Source: Clostridia bacterium
Lineage (GTDB): Bacteria; Bacillota; Clostridia; Oscillospirales; CAG-272
Assembly: GCA_017648085.1 (NCBI GenBank)
Contig: JAGCJI010000069.1
Coordinates: 1 to 51,962 of the forward strand
Length of the DNA: 51,962 bases
Reading direction: 5' to 3'
The notes under the pieces are model-generated. The model had not been told where the DNA came from. It ran no database searches and worked only from the letters and a program-made list of their open reading frames with translations. This document shows positions 26,746 to 35,920 of this stretch, piece by piece. The position numbers and the translations under genes were made by a program. Each line of letters starts with the position of its first letter. Position 1 is the stretch's first letter.

Positions 26746-27454
26746 GGACTTCGTCAAAAGCTATCTTAAAAACAAAGCCGTATCCGAAAGCCCTGCAGGA
26801 TACGCCGAGTGGCTTAAGGCAAACGGCGTTCCGGCGGACAAGATCTACGCCGATAGCATCAAGGAGATCAGCACGGACTACCGCCGACAGAGGAGTGAGT
26901 TCGGTTCAAACGCCGAGGCACTCGCCTCCCTTGGACTGACCTCCAGCGGCTATTCCGACTACGTCAACGGCAAGGCTTATTCGGATATGCAAAAAAGCAA
27001 ATACGCCGCGCGTAAAAGCTACGACGACGCCGCGAGACAGAACGTAGCCGACTATACCGGATACGTAAAGAGCATTAACAAGGAGGCGGCTGACAGCTTC
27101 CGCACCGCAGTCAAGGAAATAAGCGACAGAGGCATACTCAATTTTAACGTAGCCTACAACTACGCACTGGCGTCAGGGCTCTCGGATGATGCGGCAAAGG
27201 CGGCAGCATCCGCAGCAAACGAGCTTGCCAAAAGCGCAGTAAAGGAAAGCGTTACTAGATCTATTCTTACCCAAAGGCTTACGGAAAGAGAAGCTCTCGG
27301 ATACGCGATCGCCCTCGGTCTCAGCGAGGAAGAAGCAACAGAGCTTTCAAAGTACGCCGAATTTATGAACCACTATCTTGACGAAGGAAAATATTCCGAC
27401 GGATATCTCGATTATCTTAAAGATAAGATCAATTCGAGCAACAAAAACAAATAA
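26723..27454 (+). CDS. Phage-cluster hypothetical protein (helical, 243 aa)
   Basis: It has a strong RBS (AGGAGAAAGGAGAG) and overlaps the portal gene's 3' end. No family was recognised. Confidence 0.7.
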   Translation: MSTPQTLEDFVKSYLKNKAVSESPAGYAEWLKANGVPADKIYADSIKEISTDYRRQRSEFGSNAEALASLGLTSSGYSDYVNGKAYSDMQKSKYAARKSYDDAARQNVADYTGYVKSINKEAADSFRTAVKEISDRGILNFNVAYNYALASGLSDDAAKAAASAANELAKSAVKESVTRSILTQRLTEREALGYAIALGLSEEEATELSKYAEFMNHYLDEGKYSDGYLDYLKDKINSSNKNK

Positions 27455-27468
27455 GAAAGGAAAAAGAT

Positions 27469-27606
27469 ATGAAAAAGGATAACAGCATGCCCTACAGAAC
27501 CTTCTCGTTCGATAAGATCGATGCACCCGTGAAAAAGGCCAAGAGCGAGCCCCGCACGAATAAAACGGTTGCCAAAACCGATCTTCGCGTAGGAGGAAAG
27601 AAGTAA
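27469..27606 (+). CDS. Small basic hypothetical protein (45 aa), not in the ORF track
   Basis: The ATG at 27469 is preceded by AAGAAAGGAAAAAGAT, the RBS style shared by neighbouring cluster genes. The TAA at 27604..27606 overlaps the next gene's ATG (TAATG). Confidence 0.45.
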   Translation: MKKDNSMPYRTFSFDKIDAPVKKAKSEPRTNKTVAKTDLRVGGKK

Positions 27607-28067
27607 TGGAAGAAAAGAACACCGAGCTTCTTGAAGAGTCAACCGACACCGCACAACCCGAGCTTGAGGAAAGCAATACCGCCAAGGAACAAATCGTGCC
27701 GGCGGACGATGGTGCGCCTGAAGCCGAAGCTGCACCCCGTGTGGATTATGCAGACCTTGTGCGCCGCGATGTCGATGCGCTGCGCCGCGAATTTCCCGAG
27801 CTTGCCGCGCTTTCAAGTGTAACCGAGCTTGATAACCCGTTGCGCTATGCAGCTCTTCGCGATCTTGGCCTTTCCGCGAGAGAGGCGTATCTTGCAACGT
27901 CCGAAAGACCGTCGCGCACAGATAACCGCGCGCATCTTTACAGCACGCCTACGAGAGCAAGGGGAGGCGGCAGTATGCCTGAAGCAGAGCTATCTTGCGC
28001 AAGGGCGATCTTCGGAGATCTTTCCGACTCCGAAATCAGAAAATTATATAAAAAAGTTACCGTATAA
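27606..28067 (+). CDS. Candidate capsid scaffolding protein
   Basis: 153 aa with a very acidic N-terminal third. It lies between the portal and major capsid genes and has a GGAGGAAAG RBS. The call is based on position and composition only. Confidence 0.45.
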   Translation: MEEKNTELLEESTDTAQPELEESNTAKEQIVPADDGAPEAEAAPRVDYADLVRRDVDALRREFPELAALSSVTELDNPLRYAALRDLGLSAREAYLATSERPSRTDNRAHLYSTPTRARGGGSMPEAELSCARAIFGDLSDSEIRKLYKKVTV

Positions 28068-28087
28068 GAAAGGAAAAACAATAACTA

Positions 28088-28504
28088 ATGTTTAAGCTTA
28101 AGAAAATTATCGGCGCTGCAAGCAGCGTCCCCGAAATCCGTATGTGGAAAAGCGACTGTTCTTCCACAGCAAAGGCGGGTTGTCTTTTTTTCGCAGAAGA
28201 CGACAGCATCAGCAACGAGCTTGTAGATAACTTCCCCGACAAGCTCAAAGTAATCCCCATCTCGTCACCTCCCAACAAGGACCAGACGATTTTCGTCGCA
28301 GGCTTTGCGGTCACAAAGGATATGGTATTCGAGGCGGATGTCCAAGAGCATTCAGGTCCGATAACCGTCGGCGCGAGGGTGAACGTCATCTACGACGATA
28401 ACGGCGATCTCGGCGTTGTTACGGCAGAGGAAGAAGCGCACGACGCGATAGTAGTTGACGTCTCCAACATGATAAACAAAAAAGCCGATATAATCTTTTT
28501 ATAA
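28088..28504 (+). CDS. Phage-cluster hypothetical protein (possible head decoration or accessory protein)
   Basis: 138 aa with an AAGAAAGGAAAAA RBS, directly upstream of the capsid gene. Confidence 0.6.
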   Translation: MFKLKKIIGAASSVPEIRMWKSDCSSTAKAGCLFFAEDDSISNELVDNFPDKLKVIPISSPPNKDQTIFVAGFAVTKDMVFEADVQEHSGPITVGARVNVIYDDNGDLGVVTAEEEAHDAIVVDVSNMINKKADIIFL

Positions 28505-28525
28505 TAATTTGAAAGGAAGGAAATC

Positions 28526-29581
28526 ATGATAATTTATTCTAAATCGTCGGGCACGAACAACGCCGCTATCGGCAAGATCGAAACGCCCGTAAAAATGATA
28601 ATAGAGCACGAAAGTGATATGCTCACAAAGAAGGGTGGCATATGCTCCTGGCTTTTCAATGTGGAGCGCAGCAACCGCTTCGGCGAAACCGTCGTCAGCC
28701 ATAACGAGTTTGACGTATTTCAGTCTACGAGCGAGGGCGGCGGCGCAGAGATCGACTACATTGAGGAAACCGGATCAAAGTTTATCGAGCACATCCAGTT
28801 TATGAAGGAGTTTGCCATCACCGCGGAGATGATGGAGGATGCAAACTTCGGCATCGCACCCGATGCAAAGCGAAGAGCAGAAAACTTTACCCGCGCATAT
28901 TACAAAACCATCAACAAGATATGCGAGTTTGCACTCGTAAACGCCACGGTCGATTCCTCCTATTTCGCCAACGCGAAGATCGACCTTACCACAGGCGACC
29001 GTCAGCCCCTTTTCCACGCTCAGCACTATTACGGCAGAGATGGCAAGACGCAGTCAAACTTCTTCTACGGTGACGTATTCTCTACCGGAACGGGAACGGC
29101 AAGAACTCCCTCTGCGGAGGTATTTGAGGAATCGCTTGCGAAGCTTTCCGTAAAGATGCGTAATATGAAGGATGAAAACGGTGAAGCTCTCGGCTATACC
29201 GCCGACACCATCATTCTTCCCGGTAACAGACCTGTTTCCGAGATGATAGTTAAGAAGGTATGCGGAACTGCCGGAGCTCTCGGAAGTGCAAACAACGACA
29301 TCAACCTCCACTACGGAAACTGGAATATCGTAATCCTTCCCGGCTGGGAGACCAGATACGACGAGCTGATGGTCATGTCCTCGGAGGCGAACAAAAACCT
29401 CGCAGGAAATATGTTCTTCAACCGCGTTCCTCTTACCGTCACAAACTGGGTGGACAACCACACCGGAAACTACATATGGAACGGCAGATGTCGATTTGGT
29501 GTAGGCTTTGGCACTTACAAGCACATTCTCCGTGCAGTAGACGCCGAAACATACAAAGGCTATGAAATCGAAAAGCTTTAA
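28526..29581 (+). CDS. Candidate major capsid protein
   Basis: 351 aa with the strongest RBS in the cluster (GAAAGGAAGGAAATC-ATG). Its size and position after the scaffold-like gene fit an HK97-fold capsid protein. The fold was not verified. Confidence 0.6.
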   Translation: MIIYSKSSGTNNAAIGKIETPVKMIIEHESDMLTKKGGICSWLFNVERSNRFGETVVSHNEFDVFQSTSEGGGAEIDYIEETGSKFIEHIQFMKEFAITAEMMEDANFGIAPDAKRRAENFTRAYYKTINKICEFALVNATVDSSYFANAKIDLTTGDRQPLFHAQHYYGRDGKTQSNFFYGDVFSTGTGTARTPSAEVFEESLAKLSVKMRNMKDENGEALGYTADTIILPGNRPVSEMIVKKVCGTAGALGSANNDINLHYGNWNIVILPGWETRYDELMVMSSEANKNLAGNMFFNRVPLTVTNWVDNHTGNYIWNGRCRFGVGFGTYKHILRAVDAETYKGYEIEKL

Positions 29582-29637
29582 TTTTAAAAAAGAGTGCGCC
29601 GCGTGCGGCGCACTCGTATCAACAAAGGGGGTAACGT

Positions 29638-30474
29638 ATGACCTATAACGATTTATGCGCCGAGGTCGCGGCGCTTGGATTTGAAGATACCGTTGAGAAA
29701 AAGGATAACCTTCTCTTCTCTGCAAGACGCGCACTCGGTATGATTTTCACCGAGCGTCCGATTTATAAGAGCGTGGCATTTTATCAAAATCCCTTATCCC
29801 CGTGTAAAGTTTTCAAGGATTTTGCTCACGACGGAGGTGCTCCGATACGGATAAGCTTCACCGCTAAGGCGTACAGCTTTAAGACCGCAGGAATTGGCTC
29901 GTATCTTATATCCGACGAGAGCGGCGAAAGAAGATTTGATTTCACCTGCGAGGACACCGATCACCGTGGGTTTCTTTACGGCGAAGGGTATATAGAATTT
30001 TCAGGCGGATACTTTTATTCGGTTTACGGCATTGCTTTTTTTGATAAAATTTCAGGGCCGCTGGCGGCGCTAATCCCCACTCTGTCGGAAAAGCAAGAAT
30101 ATAACGCGAGGGACGTCGCTAAAGATTTCATGTCGCCCTGCTCGCTACCGCTTGGAAACGGTGGCGTTCCCATCAAGGGAGCGGAGGCTTGCGGTGGCAA
30201 GATCATTATTCCGACCGAGTACGAGGGACGTGTCGTTTTAAGCTACAAGGCCGCTCCGCAAAGACTCACGGGTGAGGCAGGCGAAGAAATAATACTGCCC
30301 GACGGCACGGAGCATCTTTTTGCTCTGTTGGTGGCGGCTTACGTATGGCTTGACGAGGATGCGGAAAAGGCGCAGTATTATATGTCGCTATACAGAGACG
30401 CACTTTCCGCCGTACGCTTTTACGACCGATCGGTTATAAATAACGCTTATCACGAAACACTTGGGTGGGCATAG
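29638..30474 (+). CDS. Phage-cluster structural protein (possible head-tail adaptor)
   Basis: 278 aa with an AAGGGGG RBS. The N-terminus (YNDLCAEVAALGFED....DNLLFSARRAL..IF) resembles the opening of gp6-like connector proteins. The call is weak. Confidence 0.55.
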   Translation: MTYNDLCAEVAALGFEDTVEKKDNLLFSARRALGMIFTERPIYKSVAFYQNPLSPCKVFKDFAHDGGAPIRISFTAKAYSFKTAGIGSYLISDESGERRFDFTCEDTDHRGFLYGEGYIEFSGGYFYSVYGIAFFDKISGPLAALIPTLSEKQEYNARDVAKDFMSPCSLPLGNGGVPIKGAEACGGKIIIPTEYEGRVVLSYKAAPQRLTGEAGEEIILPDGTEHLFALLVAAYVWLDEDAEKAQYYMSLYRDALSAVRFYDRSVINNAYHETLGWA

Positions 30475-30476
30475 CT

Positions 30477-33182
30477 ATGGCAATTAAAAGAAGCAAAATA
30501 AATCCCAAAAATGATTACACCGTGACCTATTCGGCGATGCGCGGAGTTGACTTTTCCTCAGCCGAGGGCGAGGCTCGACGCTACCGCTTCTCTTATCTTG
30601 AAAATATGTATAAGGACTACGAGGGCGGCGGCGCAGGTGTCACCGAGAGTGTCCCGGGATTTCGCAAAATTGCGTCGCTTGGAAAAAAGATCCACGCGAT
30701 CTACGTACAAAAGGGGCTTGGCGGTGAGGACCACGCCGTAATACACGCCACCGACAGCCTTTACCGCTTTAAAATATCGGAACGAGATTCACTCCAAGCC
30801 CTTTCACCTATAAAAGAGGTCCGAAACGAAAAGGGCACGGCGTTTTGTCACGGCACGGATATTTACGTCTTGGACGGAGAGAATCTCGTGAAGATAGGCG
30901 CAGACGGTGTGGCGATTACGGTAGGCGACAGTACCGACGCACCGCCCTACGTTCCGACCACCTACTACAACGGTGAAGAATACGAGCAACGAAATCTGCT
31001 GACAGATCTTTTTGTGGAAAAATACTTAATTTCGGCGGCTACCGAGCTTGCGACTGAAAGCGAGGGACTGAAGTATCAGATAATTTCCGCCGAAAACAAG
31101 ACCGCAAAGGTCGTAGGATGCGAAGCAGGTGTTGGGGGAGAGATAAATATTCCCTCTTATACGGTAATCGGCGGTGAAAAATATAAGGTAACAAGCATCG
31201 GCGAGGAGGCGTTCGCGCAGAACAGAAAAATCACACGGGTGTACATATCCACCTCGATAGAGCGCATTGAAAGGGCGGCGTTCACAGCCTGCCTGTCGCT
31301 CTCCTCCGTAATAATAGGCGACGGTGTCAAGGAAATAGGAGCAAACGCCTTTGCCGCGTGCGACAGTCTTGTCGAGGTATATATTGGCGGCGGCGTTGAA
31401 AAGATTTCCACCTCCGCTTTTGCCGCCTCTAGCGCGCTAAAGGAAATAAACTACGCACTTGACGAGGAGGCTCTCTCCAAGATAGAGGCAACCGATGCGT
31501 TTAAAAACCTGACCGTAAAATTCAACCGAAAGTATAAAAGCATAACCGTAGAAGTACCGATATTCAGCCCTATGACGCGCACCCGCTCGGTTACGGCTGA
31601 CGGTGAGGAGATCGAATACAGCGAAAAAATCAGAAACGACCTGATTTACGCCATACTGATCACGGTCAATTCAGAGGAGGAGCTTAACGGACGCGAGATA
31701 AGCGTCGCAGGTGAGATGGATGGCACGAAATTCACGAAAAACTCGCACGGGGACAACCTTATGGCAAAGCTTTCCTATATCAGCGGAGCTGACGCTATAC
31801 GTGGCTGCAAGGTTTCGGAGAGCTTCGACGGCAGGATATTTCTATCCGGCAACCCTCTTCTGCCAAACACGGTATTTTACACCTCGCGCGATAAAACGGG
31901 GGCTAACAATCCGCTTTATTTTGGTGTTTTGAATTACTTTAACGATGGCACGGCGTCCTTTCCCGTTACCTCATTGCTTGCGACGGCAGACTCCCTTGCG
32001 GTGTTCAAGTCCGGCGATGACGGCGGCGGCAGTATTTACTATCACACTCCAAGAGAAACAGGGGTGGATATTCTGCCAAAGATATACCCCGTGTCGTATA
32101 TTCATTCGGGTATCGCGGCAACCGGAGCGTCTATATCCTTCTTCGACGACCCGATCTTTCTATCATCTCTCGGCGTGTGTGCACTTTCAAAAAAGCAGAT
32201 CAACCTTGAGAGAAGCATTGCGATCCGATCGCACAACGTCAATCCCAGACTGCTTGCAGAGTGCCTTGAGGATGCAACTCTGGTCAAATGGTGCGGTTAT
32301 CTCGCCCTTATTGCAAACGGCAATATTTACCTTGCAGATTCTCGTGAAACCTTCACGCACGCCTCCGGTAACACTGAATACGAATGGTATTTTATGTCGG
32401 GCATCGGCACTTACAAAAACGAGCGAGAGATATACGAATACTCGCCGTTTGCGGTGGGAGAATTTGCCGCGCACGAGCGTGCATATGAAGAAATATCAGG
32501 GGTTGCCTTAAGCACGGTCGGAGAGGACGGAAAGAAAATGTATTACACCGTCGAGGACGGAGTGCGCTACGCCGTATACCCCACCGGCGAGGCGAGGGGA
32601 GGAATCTTTTCACCCGCCTCGGCAGCCGCCGTAGGAGAGCACGACGTCTTTATTTTCGGCACTTTAAGCGGCGATGTGTGCGTCTTTAACAACGACAAGC
32701 GAGGCGTTGCACCGCCGTACCTCTCCGCAAATACGGACTTTGACGCCGAGGAGTATGAAAAAGAGTTCGGAAGAAGCATACACCCGTATTACTATTCCTT
32801 TGCAAAGCACGCTCCGAGATATGCAATAACCACCGTGAGAGAAAACGGCGGACTTCCCCATTTTTGCAAGGCAACAGTCAAGGGTTCGCTTGCTGTAAAG
32901 CTTCGCACGCTCGGTACGGGTCGCCTGTGCTGCGAGGTGGGTACGGATCGATCGGGATACAGAGAGATTTGTGAGCTTCCCCACACCGCCCTCAATTTCG
33001 GGGAGCTTGATTTTTCTGCTCTTTCCTTTACGAACCCCGATTACGTAACGATTCCCCTTAAGGAGCGAGAAAAGGGATGGATAGAAAAGGACGTCAGCTT
33101 TTACACGGACGCCTTCTCTTCCCCGTTTGGAATATGCTCCGTAAGCTATCGATTCAACGTGAAGGGAAAGATTAAATTTTAA
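30477..33182 (+). CDS. Large phage-cluster structural protein with an internal BspA-type leucine-rich-repeat block
   Basis: 902 aa from the ATG at 30477 (the track GTG at 30465 is an alternative start). Residues ~205-330 read INIPSYTV..VTSIGEEAFAQNRKITRVYISTSIERIERAAFTACLSLSSVIIGDGVKEIGANAFAACDSLVEVYIGGGVEKISTSAFAASSALKEI. This is the I.IP..V..IG..AF..C..L pattern of BspA-like LRR_5 repeats. Confidence 0.8.
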   Translation: MAIKRSKINPKNDYTVTYSAMRGVDFSSAEGEARRYRFSYLENMYKDYEGGGAGVTESVPGFRKIASLGKKIHAIYVQKGLGGEDHAVIHATDSLYRFKISERDSLQALSPIKEVRNEKGTAFCHGTDIYVLDGENLVKIGADGVAITVGDSTDAPPYVPTTYYNGEEYEQRNLLTDLFVEKYLISAATELATESEGLKYQIISAENKTAKVVGCEAGVGGEINIPSYTVIGGEKYKVTSIGEEAFAQNRKITRVYISTSIERIERAAFTACLSLSSVIIGDGVKEIGANAFAACDSLVEVYIGGGVEKISTSAFAASSALKEINYALDEEALSKIEATDAFKNLTVKFNRKYKSITVEVPIFSPMTRTRSVTADGEEIEYSEKIRNDLIYAILITVNSEEELNGREISVAGEMDGTKFTKNSHGDNLMAKLSYISGADAIRGCKVSESFDGRIFLSGNPLLPNTVFYTSRDKTGANNPLYFGVLNYFNDGTASFPVTSLLATADSLAVFKSGDDGGGSIYYHTPRETGVDILPKIYPVSYIHSGIAATGASISFFDDPIFLSSLGVCALSKKQINLERSIAIRSHNVNPRLLAECLEDATLVKWCGYLALIANGNIYLADSRETFTHASGNTEYEWYFMSGIGTYKNEREIYEYSPFAVGEFAAHERAYEEISGVALSTVGEDGKKMYYTVEDGVRYAVYPTGEARGGIFSPASAAAVGEHDVFIFGTLSGDVCVFNNDKRGVAPPYLSANTDFDAEEYEKEFGRSIHPYYYSFAKHAPRYAITTVRENGGLPHFCKATVKGSLAVKLRTLGTGRLCCEVGTDRSGYREICELPHTALNFGELDFSALSFTNPDYVTIPLKEREKGWIEKDVSFYTDAFSSPFGICSVSYRFNVKGKIKF

Positions 33183-33195
33183 GAAAGGAACTCAA

Positions 33196-33579
33196 ATGAA
33201 GGCAACGAAAATCAACAAAGAAGAAATCAGCGATATATGCGTAAGCGCGCTGCCAAACAGACCGACCTCGCCGTTGGCTATGGGAGGTAAGGGATACAGC
33301 GCCACCGAGGTGAAAGCGGCATTCGACAAGCTGCCGCTTTACATAGTAGACAAATATAACGACCTTATAGAGGACGTATTTGCCGACGGCGACGACTCAA
33401 TTTGCGCGGCAATACCGACGGGAATTTTATCCGGTCAGTCGCTTGCCGACCTGCTCTCCGACATAAAGGGCGGAGAGATATGCTCCTATTTTCCTGCGCC
33501 GGTGGGCTCGCTTGGCGAATATCTTCTCGCCCTGCGACAGGACGTAGATAAAATCAAGGCCGCTTTGAATATCGACTGA
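33196..33579 (+). CDS. Phage-cluster hypothetical protein (127 aa)
   Basis: AAGAAAGGAACTCAA-ATG RBS. No family was recognised. Confidence 0.65.
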   Translation: MKATKINKEEISDICVSALPNRPTSPLAMGGKGYSATEVKAAFDKLPLYIVDKYNDLIEDVFADGDDSICAAIPTGILSGQSLADLLSDIKGGEICSYFPAPVGSLGEYLLALRQDVDKIKAALNID

Positions 33580-33596
33580 CGAGGTATAAAGGAAAA

Positions 33597-33992
33597 ATGA
33601 AAACAATTATTTACAAAAAGCGCCTTGGCGAGTATGAATGCACTAAAATCACCGACAGCGGCGGCGACAGATTTAAAATGGTTTTTGACGAGCCGCTTGA
33701 CGGTAAGCTGACCGTGGGTGAAGAAATTTTCACTCTCGCAGGCGGTGTGGCAACCGGTCTTGTAAGCTCGCTTGGCGAGGGCGAAATACGCCCGAAGCTT
33801 TATTGCGGCGCTCAGTCCGTTCCGATTGAATCATTTATCGTAAACGGCGGCAATATTCACCCCGCTCGCGTAGATGACGGCTACGTGCGGCGACTTGCCG
33901 AGTTTTGCAGTGCACTTTCGAACAGAGTCGGGGAGCTTGAGAAGCAAATGGAAGCCGCAAATGAAAAAATCGATCAGCCGTTAAAATTTTAA
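33597..33992 (+). CDS. Phage-cluster hypothetical protein (131 aa)
   Basis: GAGGTATAAAGGAAAA-ATG RBS. A short C-terminal coiled-coil-like segment is present. Confidence 0.65.
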   Translation: MKTIIYKKRLGEYECTKITDSGGDRFKMVFDEPLDGKLTVGEEIFTLAGGVATGLVSSLGEGEIRPKLYCGAQSVPIESFIVNGGNIHPARVDDGYVRRLAEFCSALSNRVGELEKQMEAANEKIDQPLKF

Positions 33993-34008
33993 TGAAAGGT
34001 TTAACAAA

Positions 34009-34638
34009 ATGAAGAAAATTTTATTTTTTATTCTCGTACTCACCCTTACCTTATCCGTTTTCACGTTCAGCTCGTTTGCTGAGGAGAGCGGAGAGAGTGC
34101 CACCGACGCAACGGGAGAGATCACGCTATCGGAAGGCTCGGGCGAAAACGTTTTTGCCGAGCTTTATGAAACGGTCGTGCGACACGCGGACAAGATCTTT
34201 TCCGCCCTTGCCTTTATCGGCTCTCTCATCATAGCCTTTGCTTACCGTCGCGGACTTTTGCCCGTGATAAAGGGCGCGCTTTCCACCGTAGCGGACGCGA
34301 CCGCAAGGCTTAAGGAAAAAACCGAAGCGGCAAGCAAAACGGCAACGGAAACGGTGTTGGAGGCAGCGAAGAAGCTTGAGACCGCCGAGGGTATGATGCA
34401 AATTATGACAGACCGACTTGATAAGCTTCATCACGAGCTTGACCTTGCACGTAAAGAGCAGGAAAGATGCGGTGAATTCAAGACCGTGCTTTCCTCCCAA
34501 ATAGATATGCTCTATGAGATCTTTATGTCAAGCTCGCTCCCTCAATATCAGAAGGAGGCGGTCGGAAACAAGGTAGCCGAAATGAGAAAGCGACTCGCCG
34601 CGTGTGATGTTAATACGAAGGATGAGAGCCATGACTAA
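34009..34638 (+). CDS. Secreted or membrane-associated coiled-coil protein
   Basis: 209 aa. An N-terminal signal peptide (MKKILFFILVLTLTLSVFTFSSFA) is followed by an acidic stretch, one further hydrophobic segment (IFSALAFIGSLIIAFAY) and a helical C-terminal half. Confidence 0.7.
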   Translation: MKKILFFILVLTLTLSVFTFSSFAEESGESATDATGEITLSEGSGENVFAELYETVVRHADKIFSALAFIGSLIIAFAYRRGLLPVIKGALSTVADATARLKEKTEAASKTATETVLEAAKKLETAEGMMQIMTDRLDKLHHELDLARKEQERCGEFKTVLSSQIDMLYEIFMSSSLPQYQKEAVGNKVAEMRKRLAACDVNTKDESHD

Positions 34639-35008
34639 CGCCCGTAAGAAAAAGTTTTTTCTTAATTTCATCGGTCTTTGCTTCTCGGTTTTGCCCGTGC
34701 TTATGGCAATTATCAGCTACTTTCCCGAATGGCGACAGCGCGGAGGTGGCACTCTTTTCTCCGGATTTGTCCTCTTGCTTGTTTTGCTCGCTTTGATTCC
34801 GCTTTTCAACGTAATAAAGAGCGCCCTTAAAACGCCGAGTGCAAAAACACTTTGGTTCGTGATATTCGTCGTTTTTTTCCTACTCTCAAGGATAGCGGAT
34901 GAAATGACGGTAATATCCTTCATAGGCTTCGTCGGAAACCTTATCGGTGCATTCTTTTTTAAGGCAGCGGAGCGCGCGATGAAGGACGGTGCAAAAAATG
35001 AAGGATAA
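34631..35008 (+). CDS. Small polytopic membrane protein (about 4 TM; holin-like size)
   Basis: The ATG at 34631 (MTNARKKKFF) has AAGGA 8 nt upstream and overlaps the previous gene by 8 nt. It has four hydrophobic segments and a charged C-terminus. Confidence 0.65.
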   Translation: MTNARKKKFFLNFIGLCFSVLPVLMAIISYFPEWRQRGGGTLFSGFVLLLVLLALIPLFNVIKSALKTPSAKTLWFVIFVVFFLLSRIADEMTVISFIGFVGNLIGAFFFKAAERAMKDGAKNEG

Positions 35009-35864
35009 GTTTGAGCTTTCGCTTCTTGAATCGGGCAATCTGCTCAAGCGCGGAGGTGAGATGCTCGTCAATAACGTCGGAAGGATTATCGCAATAATCA
35101 CACTCACCGTCAGCGCACTCATTCTTTTTACGGACGTCGGCTTCTCGGGCTTTGAGAGCAAAAGTTTTACCTCCACCCTTACCGTTATGCTTATCGCCTC
35201 GTATCTTATGTACTTTTCTATGGCAGACGCAGGGGAACGGCTCGGCGAGGGGAGCGATGAATACAAGCTTGCCATAGAGCGTTACCGCACCCTCTCCGAG
35301 AAAATAGACGGAGATAAAATTCCCGCCTTGCGCGAGTTTTTAAGCGAGTATGCGAGTGCGGAGAGAGATTTCCGCCGTTCCACCCTGCTTTTACGGTACG
35401 GATACGGAACGGCTGACTACGAGGCATATCAACGTGGGGAGGCGTGCGACAAAATCGCAAAAAAGATCTTCAAAAAAGCTGACCGCATCCGCCCGGTAGT
35501 ACTTACCCCGCGCGAGCTGCTTACGAAAGACGGCGCACGGGCAAAAAGCGAGCTTAAAAGCCCCGAGGGAACGAAGTTTTTGAATATGATCCTGCGCTTG
35601 ATTCCCACGACGCTTTGTATGACCGTCACGGTGTCGGTTATGCTTACCGCAAAGGAAAACCTATCCGCCGCCGCGGTTATGGAGGGCATTTTCAAGCTCG
35701 CATCTCTGCCGGTTATCGGCTTTCGCGGCTATGCCGCCGGATATCAATACACAAAACACACGCTACCGATATGGATGGCGACAAAAGCACGGCTGTTGGA
35801 CGCATTTTTGAAAAGTAGGCATAGCATCTCGCAACAGGTGGAAAAGCCTACCGGTAGTTCTTAA
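34998..35864 (+). CDS. Membrane protein (two N-terminal TM segments, a soluble helical middle, further C-terminal TM segments)
   Basis: The ATG at 34998 (MKDKFEL) overlaps the previous gene by 11 nt; the track GTG at 34989 is an alternative start. It is the last gene before the cluster terminator. Confidence 0.7.
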   Translation: MKDKFELSLLESGNLLKRGGEMLVNNVGRIIAIITLTVSALILFTDVGFSGFESKSFTSTLTVMLIASYLMYFSMADAGERLGEGSDEYKLAIERYRTLSEKIDGDKIPALREFLSEYASAERDFRRSTLLLRYGYGTADYEAYQRGEACDKIAKKIFKKADRIRPVVLTPRELLTKDGARAKSELKSPEGTKFLNMILRLIPTTLCMTVTVSVMLTAKENLSAAAVMEGIFKLASLPVIGFRGYAAGYQYTKHTLPIWMATKARLLDAFLKSRHSISQQVEKPTGSS

Positions 35865-35886
35865 ACTAAAAACTTCAAAAGAGCGG

Positions 35887-35920
35887 CACGCAGGACTACA
35901 GTCCTGCGTGTTTTCCGTTT
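35887..35920 (+). terminator. Rho-independent terminator closing the phage-like cluster
   Basis: CACGCAGGAC-TACA-GTCCTGCGTG forms a 10-bp perfect stem followed by TTTTCCGTTT. It lies 23 nt after the last stop. Confidence 0.8.
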
